The notes beneath the pieces are model-generated. The model did not search any database, was not told the DNA's origin, and saw nothing but the letters and a program-made list of their open reading frames with translations. A stretch of DNA of 64,000 nt from NCBI GenBank assembly GCA_965215565.1, contig CBDCDZ010000004.1, positions 480,001 to 544,000 on the forward strand, given 5' to 3'. How positions within the stretch are numbered: position 1 is the stretch's first letter; the number at the start of each line of letters is the position of its first letter. The stretch is from Trueperaceae bacterium. Its GTDB lineage: Bacteria > Deinococcota > Deinococci > Deinococcales > Trueperaceae. Positions 37,614-49,131 of the stretch are shown piece by piece. Position numbers and translations under genes: made by a program.

Positions 37614-38228
37614 ATGAGTATCAAAGAGAAAAAATTAGCACCCGAAGTCTTGGAATCTCTCCAACACGCCGCCAAAGACGCGGGCTTCGATATGATGTCC
37701 GACCCGCTCACAGGCAACCTCTTAGCGACTTTAGCCGCGAGCAAACCGGGCGGGCGGCTCTTAGAGCTTGGCACGGGCGTCGGCTTAGGTACGGCGTGGC
37801 TGCTGAGCGGGATGGATAAAAAAGCGAGCCTCGAGACCGTCGAACTCAATGCTGACTTGACCTCCATTGCTGAGGAGCATTTGGGAAGTGACGAGAGGTT
37901 GAAAATTTGCACGGAGGATGGGCTCGAGTTTCTCAACCGCGCACAGGGTCAAACATACGACCTCATCTTCGCTGACACCTTCCCCGGCAAAATCGACCAG
38001 CCCGAGTTGGCGCTGAACTTAGTCGCACCGGGCGGCTTCTACATCATCGACGATCTCAACTTAGCGTGGCAAGAACGGGACGAAATCGAAAACCCCGACG
38101 ACTTCATCCTCAACATCTGGCAGGGTCAGCGGCGGGTGATTGAGGTGCTCAAGGAGCGGGAGGACTTCATCTCTACTGAAATGCGTTGGTCTACAGGCAT
38201 AATGATAAGTACAAAGAGAAAAGATTAA
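37614..38228 (+). CDS. SAM-dependent O-methyltransferase
   Basis: G.LL..LAASKP.G..LELGTG.G, YDLIFAD, GG.YIIDD. Confidence 0.88.
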   Translation: MSIKEKKLAPEVLESLQHAAKDAGFDMMSDPLTGNLLATLAASKPGGRLLELGTGVGLGTAWLLSGMDKKASLETVELNADLTSIAEEHLGSDERLKICTEDGLEFLNRAQGQTYDLIFADTFPGKIDQPELALNLVAPGGFYIIDDLNLAWQERDEIENPDDFILNIWQGQRRVIEVLKEREDFISTEMRWSTGIMISTKRKD

Positions 38229-38297
38229 AGGGAAAAGTAAAAAACCTCTTTTCTCTTTGACCTTTTCTCTTTAACCTTTCTTCTCTAATTTCACTCT
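38214..38297. repeat. Purine/pyrimidine heptamer hairpin
   Basis: AAGAGAAAAGATTAAAGGGAAAAG / CTTTTCTCTTTGACCTTTTCTCTTT. Confidence 0.65.
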
Positions 38298-38311
38298 CTC
38301 TGGAGGAAAAC

Positions 38312-38914
<603 letters not shown>

Positions 38915-38931
38915 CGTATTGAACTGTTCTT

Positions 38932-39150
38932 ATGATTTCCTTAGAGCACAGCCCCATCCACTCCGACCCCGATATTTTGGGCGGAACCCTCGTTTTTAGA
39001 GAGACGCGCGTTCAGGCGCAGACGCTTTTGGACTATCTGGACGACAGCTATACGTTAGAGGAGTTTCTGGAGAACTTCCCCTCCGTAAAGCGCCAAGACG
39101 CGGTGGACTTTTTGAGGTTGGCTAGGGCGAGTGAATATCCTTCTGGATGA
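38932..39150 (+). CDS. DUF433 family antitoxin
   Basis: DPDILGG..VF..TRV....LLDYL....TLEEFL..FP. Confidence 0.88.
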   Translation: MISLEHSPIHSDPDILGGTLVFRETRVQAQTLLDYLDDSYTLEEFLENFPSVKRQDAVDFLRLARASEYPSG

Positions 39151-39262
39151 AAACATCCCTCGCTACTTCAAGCGCGTACTCAAGGACTACAGCGTTACAA
39201 CGGTGCAAGAACTCGGTCTCTCTGGCACGAAAAATGGCGCACTCCTCTCGCTTCGTATAGGA
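39131..39262 (+). pseudogene. Truncated DUF5615 (PIN-like) toxin fragment, in frame with the downstream lipoprotein
   Basis: MNILLDENIP......L....VTTV.E.G.SG.KNG.LL, then similarity stops before the expected T.D..F motif. Confidence 0.7.
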
Positions 39263-39271
39263 GATAACGTG

Positions 39272-39994
39272 ATGAAAACAGTTAAAGTTCTACTGATCGG
39301 CGCAGTTTGTTTCATCCTCAATGGTTGCGAGTCTGAGATTGATAAGTCAGGTACGTGGGAAGAAGTCGATGAGCAGACGCTGCGCTTCGTGGGCACTATT
39401 GATGAGCACACTCATGAGCGATTTCTTGAGACGATCACCCCGGAAATCACCACGCTACAAGTTCGCACTGATGGGGGCGAAGTCGAGCCAGGCTTAGCTG
39501 TCGGACAAGAGATACATAATCGTGAGCTTGACATCATTGTAGATGGCATGTGCAGCTCCTCTTGCGCGAACTATTGGTTTCCCGCAGGTAACAAGAAAAC
39601 CGTGCCTCTCGGCTCATGGGTAGGGTTTCATGGTAATCCTAGGGCTTCATCATATTACTCATCAGAAGATGCAGATATTGACGTTAAAGAAATGATTGAT
39701 AAGTTTACAGAACGTGAAGCCGCCTTTTACGACCTCATCGGTGTCAGGACAGACATTCTATATTTTTCGTCTGAAGTAGCACGTGCGTTTGAGAGGGGTA
39801 TGTACTTCCCCTCACCTGAGCAATTTGAGTGCTATGGCGTGAGTAATTTAGATGTGGATTACCCAGAAGGGTCTACCGATCATCTCTTTCTAGAGGTAGA
39901 TAGCCTCTTGTCCAGTTCCATTTACGATTTTCCTGTCACAACACAAGAGGTTAGAACTCGTCCCGAGCTTGCCAAAGGTCTGTGTAAAACCTGA
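39272..39994 (+). CDS. AT-rich lipoprotein with a ClpP/crotonase-like segment
   Basis: AGGAG RBS; lipobox LNGC; GG.V...VDG.C.SSCANY.F.AG..K......VGFH. Confidence 0.7.
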   Translation: MKTVKVLLIGAVCFILNGCESEIDKSGTWEEVDEQTLRFVGTIDEHTHERFLETITPEITTLQVRTDGGEVEPGLAVGQEIHNRELDIIVDGMCSSSCANYWFPAGNKKTVPLGSWVGFHGNPRASSYYSSEDADIDVKEMIDKFTEREAAFYDLIGVRTDILYFSSEVARAFERGMYFPSPEQFECYGVSNLDVDYPEGSTDHLFLEVDSLLSSSIYDFPVTTQEVRTRPELAKGLCKT

Positions 39995-40066
39995 GTATCG
40001 TTTGAGTTTTAGATGCGGCTCGAAGCTAGTCAAAAACCTTCTCCAATTCGGTATAAGAGGTCAAAT

Positions 40067-40852
40067 GTGAACAGCGTGATACAGCCCAACGCCCAACCCG
40101 ACACCTGGTCTGAACGCACCGAAGGCTACACCAACGACGCGCTCTTTAGGGAGGGCTCTGACCTCTTCAAACTCGTCGCCTTAGCTCGCCCTACGTGGAG
40201 CGACATCTGTTTGGACATCGGCACGGGCGCGGGTCACACCGCCGCAATGCTGGCGAAGGGGACGAGCAGGGTCTTAGGCTTAGACCCCGCCGAGGGGATG
40301 GTGCGGAGCGCGATGGAAGCGCACGCGGGCGCAGGCAACTTAGAGTTCGCCTACGGCTTCGCGCACGACACGGGCGTGCCGAACGACTCCTTCGACCTCA
40401 TCACCGTGCGGCACGCGGCGCATCATTTCAACAACGTGCCGAGCTTTTTGAAAGAGGTCTCGAGGGTTCTCAAACCGGGCGGGCGCATGGTTATCGCCGA
40501 TGAAGTGACGCCGAATCCGCAGGTGGATGAGTGGTTCGACGCTTTGGAGCGGCTCCGCGACCCGAGCCACCACCGCGCCTACCTCATGCGCGAGTGGCGC
40601 GAGTACGTTCAGCAGTCGGGGCTGACGTGGGTTGTGGGCGACAGCGAGACGAAGCTGCATATCGACGTGAATTTGTGGTTGGCGCGGGCGAACTTATCGC
40701 ACGAGGACCGCGCCGCTGTGTACGAGCACTTTCTCATCGCCTCACCCGAAGAGCGCTCAGCTCTCAAAATCAAGTTCGAGGGCAACACCGCGATGAGTTT
40801 CGAGTTGAGTGTCGGCATGATGCTCGTTACGAAACCTCTTGAAGCTAGCTGA
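40067..40852 (+). CDS. Class I SAM-dependent methyltransferase (UbiE-like)
   Basis: LDIGTGAGHT, FDLIT.R.AAHHF, RVLKPGG, ERLRDPSH; GTG start after AGAGG. Confidence 0.88.
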   Translation: MNSVIQPNAQPDTWSERTEGYTNDALFREGSDLFKLVALARPTWSDICLDIGTGAGHTAAMLAKGTSRVLGLDPAEGMVRSAMEAHAGAGNLEFAYGFAHDTGVPNDSFDLITVRHAAHHFNNVPSFLKEVSRVLKPGGRMVIADEVTPNPQVDEWFDALERLRDPSHHRAYLMREWREYVQQSGLTWVVGDSETKLHIDVNLWLARANLSHEDRAAVYEHFLIASPEERSALKIKFEGNTAMSFELSVGMMLVTKPLEAS

Positions 40853-41935
<1,083 letters not shown>

Positions 41936-41959
41936 ACGAGAACGAACACGCAATGTGTT

Positions 41960-41987
41960 GAGCAAGGGACCGGGTAGTCTCTTGCTC
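41960..41987. terminator. Terminator hairpin between convergent leuB and speA
   Basis: GAGCAAGGGAC-CGGGTA-GTCTCTTGCTC. Confidence 0.7.
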
Positions 41988-42032
41988 TTCTCGTTCTTAT
42001 CAATCTCAGAAGAGTGGAAACGGGAACAAGCG

Positions 42033-43946
42033 TTAGACCTGCTCGAGATACGTGTACCCCACCAACTCCGTATTATAAGTCTCCAAGAGGTCCTGCGCCT
42101 CTCGCCCACTCATCGTGCCAGCCTCTAACCTTTCGTCCACCTCGTCTTTGAGCCAGCCGTACAGCTCGGACGCCTCGTAGCCCATGTTCTCGATCACGCG
42201 CCGCGCCTTTTGACCGTTGACGAAGCGCTCGAGCACGAATTCACCCTCGTCCGTCACGCGCACGTGCGCCTCGTTGACCCGCCCGAAGAGGTTGTGCGAA
42301 TTGGCGAGCACGTCTTGATACGCCCCGGTCAAGAAGATGCCCAGGTAGTAGGGCTCGCCCCCCCGCAGCGCGTGGAGCGGCAGCGTCGCTTTGACGTCGC
42401 GCAGGTCGATGAACTTGCTGATCTTCCCGTCAGAGTCGCAGCTTATATCCACTAGGGTGGCGTTTCGAGTGGGTTGCTCGTCCAGGCGGCTCAGGGGCGC
42501 GATTGGGAAAAGTGCGTCAATCGCCCAGCTATCGGGCAGGCTCTGGAAGAGGCTGAAGTTGCAGATGTATTTGTCGGCTAGGAGCTTGGGTAAGTCTTCG
42601 AATTCGTCGGGGACGTACTCGAGCCCCTGAATCACCCTGGCGACCTCCGCCAAAATGCGGCTGTGGAGGCTCTCGATGTGCGCCCGTTCCAAAAGGCTCA
42701 AGTAGCCTAAGTCGAAGAGGTTGTGCATGGTGTCTTTGTTGCTCGCCGCCTCAAAGTAGACCTCGCGGTAGTTTTTGAGGGTGATGTCCGCTAACAGCTC
42801 GCGCATGTCCGCGACGAGCGTGTGCGGGGACCCCTCCAACTCGGGTAGGTCGGGGGGCGCTCGGGTGGGACCGATAGCGTCCACGACAGGGAGCACGACG
42901 AGCGCGTGGTGCGCGGTGAGCGCCCGCCCTGACTCGGTGACGAGGTGCGGATGGGGCACGCCCGCATTCTCGCAGACCTCTTGCACGGCGTAGACGATGG
43001 CGTCGGCGTACTCCTGCAGGCTGTAGTTAGCGGAGACGTAAAAGGTGGTTCTCGAGCCGTCGTAGTCCACGGCGAGCCCGCCGCCCACGTTGAGATACTG
43101 AACCGGCACGCCCGCGAGACGAAGTTGCGCGTAGGCCTGCGCCGCCTCGCGCACCGCCACGCGGATTTTGCGGATGTCGGTGAGTTGGCTGCCGACGTGA
43201 GCGTGGAGCATCTCGAGGGTGTGCACGAGCCCGCGCGCCCGGAGCTGCTGCGCCACCTGGACCATCTCGGCGGCGGAGAGCCCAAACTTGGCGCTGTCGC
43301 CACCCGAGTCCGCCCACTTGCCCGAGCCTTTCGCGTGGAGCTTGAAGCGCAACCCTAGCGCGGGCTCCACCCCTAGCTCCTCGCTGATGCGCAAGACCCG
43401 CGCTAACTCGGTATATTTTTCCAGGGTGATGACGACGTTCTTGCCGAGTTGCCGTCCGCGCAGCGCCAGGCGGATGAAGTCGTCGTCCTTGAAGCCGTTA
43501 CAGCAGAGCAGCGCGTCAGGGTGGAGGTCTTGCGCTAGACAGATGGCGAGTTCAGCCTTGCTGCCCGCTTCTAGGCCCGTGCGGTAGCGCGCGCCGTACT
43601 CGGCAATCGCCTCGACGACGACGCGGCGCTGATTGACCTTGATAGGAAAGACGCCCCTGTAGCGTCCGCCGTAGCCGGCTTCGCGAATCGAGGCGCTAAA
43701 CGCGCCATTCAGCCGCTCCAAGCGGTGCTCTAAAATCTGCGGAAAGCGCAGCACGGCGGGCAGCGCGTGCCCCTCGCTCTGGAGGTGCTGCACGATGTCG
43801 CTCAGCGCGGCGCTCCCGTTTTCGGCGTAGGGCGACACGCGCATCTGTCCATCTTCGGAGACGCGAAAGTAGCCCCCGCTCCAGGTGGCTACCCCGTACA
43901 ACTCGGCGGCGTCGGCAGCAGAGAAACGGTGTGCAATTAAACTCAA
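42033..43946 (-). CDS. speA: Biosynthetic arginine decarboxylase
   Basis: FPIKVNQ, GLEAGSK, SGG...KFGL, H.GSQ, GGGL.VDYDG, ESGR, CDSDG, GAYQ; TTG 43946 after AAGGAG. Confidence 0.95.
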   Translation of the reverse strand: MSLIAHRFSAADAAELYGVATWSGGYFRVSEDGQMRVSPYAENGSAALSDIVQHLQSEGHALPAVLRFPQILEHRLERLNGAFSASIREAGYGGRYRGVFPIKVNQRRVVVEAIAEYGARYRTGLEAGSKAELAICLAQDLHPDALLCCNGFKDDDFIRLALRGRQLGKNVVITLEKYTELARVLRISEELGVEPALGLRFKLHAKGSGKWADSGGDSAKFGLSAAEMVQVAQQLRARGLVHTLEMLHAHVGSQLTDIRKIRVAVREAAQAYAQLRLAGVPVQYLNVGGGLAVDYDGSRTTFYVSANYSLQEYADAIVYAVQEVCENAGVPHPHLVTESGRALTAHHALVVLPVVDAIGPTRAPPDLPELEGSPHTLVADMRELLADITLKNYREVYFEAASNKDTMHNLFDLGYLSLLERAHIESLHSRILAEVARVIQGLEYVPDEFEDLPKLLADKYICNFSLFQSLPDSWAIDALFPIAPLSRLDEQPTRNATLVDISCDSDGKISKFIDLRDVKATLPLHALRGGEPYYLGIFLTGAYQDVLANSHNLFGRVNEAHVRVTDEGEFVLERFVNGQKARRVIENMGYEASELYGWLKDEVDERLEAGTMSGREAQDLLETYNTELVGYTYLEQV

Positions 43947-44550
43947 TGAGGTCTCCTTACGCTGAAGTGGCATAGTTTAAGGGTGAAGCGACGTGACCTA
44001 CTCGAACGCCCCACAGGTAGCAGCGCTGACCTAATCGCGTGGCGGTTTCCCTATTTCAGCTTCGGACTGTGAAGCAAAGTCGCGGCGCAAACAGACTAGA
44101 GCGTAGCACTCTCCAGCCTATGTGAATGTGTGGAAGGCGCGCTGGGCTCGAGCACCACTTACCTCTACATAAACGCCCTGCTCAGCCTAGTTGTGTAGTC
44201 TTTAGCTCTGTACACACTGCCCGTCAGAGCGCGCAAACGAGCGCGAGCCAAGGTATGACGCAAGCGGTAAACCGTTCCGAACGACGAACGGCTTTGACTC
44301 AAAACCGATAGAAACAAAGGGTTTAACCTGCGACTATAAAGCAGAATTTACCCCTGCGAACCAAAAACGCACCCGTTACCGAGGAGGCGAATATGCTTGA
44401 CGAAACCGAGAATTTTGCATTTTAGCGTTTCTCCTCAACTCGAAAAGCAACTTTGACGTCTATCGCTCATAAATGTTAGATTTCTCACATCTGCTCTGTC
44501 TCGTGCCAAGATTTTCGCGTAAATTTGGTTTAATGTCAGCGGCGCAAGAG

Positions 44551-44562
44551 TGAAATATTTCA
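44551..44562. promoter_or_regulatory. Palindromic candidate operator
   Basis: Perfect palindrome TGAAATATTTCA upstream of the lipoprotein-S8 operon. Confidence 0.35.
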
Positions 44563-44701
44563 TTTTGGGAGGTACGTCGGGTTCGGCAAGCAAGGGTGTA
44601 TAGGCGGAGCACCGGGGCAGCGCTGAGTGAAAGGCCCCGAGTAAGACGCTTCAGAGACGCACCCCGGTCATTCTTTCACAACGTCTACGAAGGAGAAAAC
44701 C

Positions 44702-46396
44702 ATGAACACCCAACTGAGGGTTGTCCTCGTCGCCCTGCTGTTTTTGCTGGCAGCGTGCACGGAAGTAGGGCAAGAGGACGCGAGGCAGGAGACGCAGCAG
44801 CGGGAGCTAGGTACGGTTTCGGGCTACGTCTCGCTGCGCAAAGCCGGGCAGCCCGTCGAGGGCACCACCGTGAGCGTCGTCGGCAAAAACATCACCACCC
44901 AGACCGATGAGGACGGCTTTTATAGCCTGCTCGCGCCCGAAGGCGTGCGCATCTTGGAGTTCCGCCAGGACGGGTACGCAACCTCGCGAGTCGAGGGTTT
45001 GCGCGTCGAAGCGGGCGAAGAGACCTTTTACGACACGATTCAGCTCGAAATCTTCGATCCCTTTTTGCCCACTGAGCCCCCCGAACTCAACACGAGCGTC
45101 CACAACGGCGACAGCTTTACGGGCAGCGGCGAAGAGGATACCTTCACCTTTTTAGTTGACGGCGAACTCGCTGAGCCTGAGGTCAACGGCTTCACCTTCA
45201 CCTCCGCCGCGCTGGGTCAAAGCCGCGGCAACTCGGGCTACCTCAACCAGTTCGTGCCGGGCGTCTCCTTTGACTTCAACGGCAGCGAGACCGAGGTCAG
45301 CCTCTCGGCGGCAGGCTTCGAGGGCGACACCACCTTGCACATCGTCACCTACGACCTCAACCAGAACCGCACCGAAGTCATCCGCTACGTCGAGGTCTTT
45401 TCGGGCGCGTCCAACCTCGCGGAGCTGACGGACCTCACCGGGCAAGCCATCACCTTTAACGACGTCGCCGTGTTCGGCGCGCTGGGCGTCGACTCGGGAG
45501 AGGGTGCGCAGGGCAGGGTAGCGTTCACGACGGCAGAATTCATGGAAGCCGTGCGAGCGAACGATACCGAAGCGTTAGGACGCATGGCGCAGAGCTTCAC
45601 CCGGGGCGAGCTAGGCACGCAGGACTTCTTGGACGAGTACATCATCTGGGTTGACCTCTTCTTCAGTTACGACTTCACGGCGGGCGCGGACTTGCCCACC
45701 GCCTTTCAGATATACCGGCAGTTAGAGGGCGAGGACGACTTCCGCCTCATCGGTCAGGTGAGCCCGGCGCAAGCGGACTTAGACCCCGATGACCTGCAGA
45801 GCACCGCGTTCGGCTACCGCGACGCGACGCCCGCCCTGCAGCCTGGTCTGGACGCGACGTACCGCGTTGTCGCGGTGCGCGGCGAGAACGAAGTCCAAAC
45901 CGATACCTTTAGCGTCACGCCCCTAGAAGCCTTTTTCGTCGACGCCGATTCGCCCGAAAACGGCGCGACGGGCGTGCCTCTATTGCCCGAATTTGAGATC
46001 ACCTTCCGCGAACGCAGCAACTTGGTCTACTACGGCGCATTGGTGCTCGACCGCGTCCACGCCGACGACAACTTCCAGGAGTGGCTCGCCGCGTTCTTGG
46101 TGGATAACTCGGGCATCACGAGCGCGTCGATTCCGCACAACTTCAACGGCACTGCCACAACCGAGACGCTGCAACCCTTCCACACCTATGACTGGCAGCC
46201 TATCGCCATTACGACGAACGGCGAGTTGACTGACGACGGCGTCGTAGACGAAACGGCTATTTCAGTCGCGGCTGACTTCTTCGACCTCTTCGGCGTCGGC
46301 TTCGGCGTCGAAGACGGTCCGGTCAACACCTTTACAACGGGCGACGGTAGTGATGACGACAGTGACGACGACGCGGACCGCGCAGAAAGCAACTAG
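44702..46396 (+). CDS. Acidic lipoprotein with carboxypeptidase-regulatory-like and Ig/Fn3-like beta domains
   Basis: AAGGAG RBS; lipobox LAAC; G.V.G.V...G.PVEG.TV.V...TD.DG.Y. Confidence 0.75.
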   Translation: MNTQLRVVLVALLFLLAACTEVGQEDARQETQQRELGTVSGYVSLRKAGQPVEGTTVSVVGKNITTQTDEDGFYSLLAPEGVRILEFRQDGYATSRVEGLRVEAGEETFYDTIQLEIFDPFLPTEPPELNTSVHNGDSFTGSGEEDTFTFLVDGELAEPEVNGFTFTSAALGQSRGNSGYLNQFVPGVSFDFNGSETEVSLSAAGFEGDTTLHIVTYDLNQNRTEVIRYVEVFSGASNLAELTDLTGQAITFNDVAVFGALGVDSGEGAQGRVAFTTAEFMEAVRANDTEALGRMAQSFTRGELGTQDFLDEYIIWVDLFFSYDFTAGADLPTAFQIYRQLEGEDDFRLIGQVSPAQADLDPDDLQSTAFGYRDATPALQPGLDATYRVVAVRGENEVQTDTFSVTPLEAFFVDADSPENGATGVPLLPEFEITFRERSNLVYYGALVLDRVHADDNFQEWLAAFLVDNSGITSASIPHNFNGTATTETLQPFHTYDWQPIAITTNGELTDDGVVDETAISVAADFFDLFGVGFGVEDGPVNTFTTGDGSDDDSDDDADRAESN

Positions 46397-46407
46397 GAGG
46401 ACGCTCA

Positions 46408-48984
46408 ATGACTTTACGTACCATAACGCTACTGCTCCTAACGCTCGCGCTCGCCGCGTGTAGCACGGACCTCGCGACACCTGACGCTCAGCCAGGTAAG
46501 AGCCAACCCAACAAACCCGACGTAAGCGTCGACAAAAGCAAAGACCTCGTCGAGGGTCAGCTCATCATCGGCTATCAAGAGGGCGTCGACCCGGCAGACT
46601 TGGCCGCGAAACTTGGCGCAAGCGTGCTGACCGACTGGACGCAGCTCAACGCGGCGCTTTTAGAGCTGCCCGCAGACCTTAGCGTCGCCAAAGCCGAGGC
46701 GAGCGCGGCGCGCCTCAAAGGTTTGCGCTACGCGCAACCGAACCGCGTCGTTTTCCAGGAGCCTATGCGCGGTGATGAGGTGAGCGCGGCGGACCTTAGC
46801 GCGCAACAACTCGACATCGAAGACCCCGAATACGACAAACAGTGGATGCACCGCCAGATGGATTCGGAGGGCGCGTGGGCAGAGGGCGTCAGCGGCGCGG
46901 GCGTGCGCATCGGCGTCCATGACGAGTTCATCGACCACCGTCACCCCGACTTGGTAGACAACATGTTCTACCCCGGCTACGACGGCTTTTCGAACACGCT
47001 CATCCAGCCGGACACGCCCTTTGACGGCATCGGCGAGCACGGCACCTGGGTGGCGGGCACGGCGGCGGGCGTCGCCAACGAGTTGGGCGGGCGCGGCACC
47101 GCGTATGGCGCGAGCATCGTTCCCTTGGCCATCAACGACCCTGAAAGCGGCGGGCTGCTGCTCAACGCTATTATCAACGCGGCAATTTTTGCCGCCATCG
47201 GTCCCGACGGCGACTTGGGCGGCGACGACCGCGCGCCCGGTACGGACGCCGACACCGGACCCTACGTGCACATCGTCAACATGTCGTGGGGCAGCGCGGG
47301 CTACGACCAGATCGTCAAGGACACGATGGACTTCATGCTCTCTTCGGGCATCGTGCTCGTGACCTCGGCGGGCAACACGCCGACGGAAGGCTTCGCCGAA
47401 CCTGCCTGGCACCCTGGGCTCATCAGCGTCGCGGCGACGCTGCCCACCGACAGGCGCACCGACTTCTCCAACCGGGGTCTGCACTTAGACGTGGCTGCGC
47501 CCGGCGAAAACATCTGGACCACCGCCTCACGCGACTGCGCGCTCGCCACACCGGACTTCTCCTCATGCGACCCGGAGAGCCCCGAAGCGAAGTACCAGTT
47601 CGTCAGCGGCACCTCATTCTCGGCACCCGCGACGGCGGGCACCGCCGCGCTCATTTTAGAGGCGAGCGCCGAGCGTGACGAGGACGGCAACATCACCGAG
47701 GTCTTAGGCGCGGCGCAAGTACGCAAAATCTTGGAAGAGACCGCCATGAGACCCGCCGGCTACGACTTCAACAACTTAGGTTTTGGCATCGTGAACTCCG
47801 AAGCTGCGGTGAAGCGCGCATTGGAGGTTGGCGAAGGCACGCGCCGCGTCAAAGCGGGCGGCACACTGGTAGTGCGGACCACCCTCGAGGGCGACGAGAG
47901 CGTCAATGTACCTAAAGTTGGCTTAACGCTGATCCCCCTGGGCAGCCAACCCGGACCTACCGAATACACCCAGACCTCCGACGGACGCTTGGTCATCCCT
48001 TCGGGCACCGGACTCTTCCAACAGATCGACTCGGGCGCTTATCTGCTCCAGGCGAGCGGACCCCACACCGCTACCACGGGCTTAGCAGCGATTACCGCTG
48101 AGACGCGGGTGGACGTCGCGCCGGGTGAAACCGAAGTCGTCAGCTTCGAACTTGACGTCGAGACCTTTGACGACCCCTTCGAGCCCAACGGCTCGGTAGA
48201 AGAAGCCGCCGAGGTTCCCGAGTTGGGCATCACCGCTAGAGCGAGCCTCTACGATCCCGAAAGCGACACTGACGTGGACGTGTACGCGCTGCAAGTCGAA
48301 GAGGGCACGCCCTACCGCGTAAACCTAGAGACCATCGCGGGCACGTTCGATACCAACTTGCGCGTCCTCGCTGAAGACGGCTCGGTCATCGCCGAGAATG
48401 ACAACAACCAGGATGAAACGCTCGGCACGGACTCGCTCGTAGATTTCACCGCGCCGGAGACGGGCACGGTCTACGTCGAGGTCACAGAAGTGAGCGGCGC
48501 GCAGGGCGCACCGGACACCAACAGCCCCTTCAACCTTTACGACATGGACGCAGCGCCCTTCATCGGCGAAGAGGAGGAGCCTAACGGCAGCGCCTCGGTA
48601 GACGGCACGACCATCGAGAACGTCGACCTCACAGGCGCGCAAGAGGTTCCTTTTGGCAGCGCTTTGGACGCCGAACTCGATGTCGCTTCCGACGTGGATA
48701 TCTTCACCTTCGAGGTGCCAGAGGGCGCGACGATTGTCGCGGACGTCGAGACGCTCTCCTCCGGCGCGCCCGACACCCTCTTAGCGCTCTACGACGCTGA
48801 AGGTCAGCAAGTCGCCTTCAACGACGACTTCACCGGACGCGAGTCCCGCATAACCTACACCTCCGAAGAGGGCGGCACCTACTACGCCGCCGTCACCCCT
48901 TGGGACGCGGTGGACCCCGACAACGCAACGACGGGCGAGTACGGCTTTACCGTCACGAGCTTCCTCAACCCGCCAACCGAGTAA
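46408..48984 (+). CDS. S8 (subtilisin-like) serine peptidase lipoprotein with two C-terminal PPC domains
   Basis: Lipobox LAAC; triad GVHD, HGT.VAG, SGTSFSAP; SAGN; D.D.Y..DT.L...NDD-type PPC repeats. Confidence 0.9.
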   Translation: MTLRTITLLLLTLALAACSTDLATPDAQPGKSQPNKPDVSVDKSKDLVEGQLIIGYQEGVDPADLAAKLGASVLTDWTQLNAALLELPADLSVAKAEASAARLKGLRYAQPNRVVFQEPMRGDEVSAADLSAQQLDIEDPEYDKQWMHRQMDSEGAWAEGVSGAGVRIGVHDEFIDHRHPDLVDNMFYPGYDGFSNTLIQPDTPFDGIGEHGTWVAGTAAGVANELGGRGTAYGASIVPLAINDPESGGLLLNAIINAAIFAAIGPDGDLGGDDRAPGTDADTGPYVHIVNMSWGSAGYDQIVKDTMDFMLSSGIVLVTSAGNTPTEGFAEPAWHPGLISVAATLPTDRRTDFSNRGLHLDVAAPGENIWTTASRDCALATPDFSSCDPESPEAKYQFVSGTSFSAPATAGTAALILEASAERDEDGNITEVLGAAQVRKILEETAMRPAGYDFNNLGFGIVNSEAAVKRALEVGEGTRRVKAGGTLVVRTTLEGDESVNVPKVGLTLIPLGSQPGPTEYTQTSDGRLVIPSGTGLFQQIDSGAYLLQASGPHTATTGLAAITAETRVDVAPGETEVVSFELDVETFDDPFEPNGSVEEAAEVPELGITARASLYDPESDTDVDVYALQVEEGTPYRVNLETIAGTFDTNLRVLAEDGSVIAENDNNQDETLGTDSLVDFTAPETGTVYVEVTEVSGAQGAPDTNSPFNLYDMDAAPFIGEEEEPNGSASVDGTTIENVDLTGAQEVPFGSALDAELDVASDVDIFTFEVPEGATIVADVETLSSGAPDTLLALYDAEGQQVAFNDDFTGRESRITYTSEEGGTYYAAVTPWDAVDPDNATTGEYGFTVTSFLNPPTE

Positions 48985-48986
48985 TA

Positions 48987-49097
48987 AAGCGATTCACAGA
49001 AGTACTGAATTGGAATAGCGCAAGTATCATTTAAGAATGTGCGTGCTCGTCGATGTTCTCCAGCGTGAGACTGGCTCAAACCAAATGATACTTGCTA
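48987..49097 (-). mobile_element. TAGCAG..CTGCTA modular element, copy 5 (degenerate), abutting an SRE-like end
   Basis: GCAAGTATCATTT (49020-49032) / AAATGATACTTGC (49083-49095) with GTGCGTGCT; followed by ATACAGATTCCGGTTAATT. Confidence 0.65.
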
Positions 49098-49131
49098 TAC
49101 AGATTCCGGTTAATTCGGATAGGTGAAACTG

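Noticed and set aside
44035..44062. Cobalamin riboswitch (minus-strand AATAGGGAA..CCGCCAC)
   Set aside because: Lacks the intervening T-loop stem and B12 box; speA context does not fit
44611..44640. TPP riboswitch (GGGG..GCTGAG..CCCC)
   Set aside because: No GAACCTGA..TAAT..GCG.AGG 3' half
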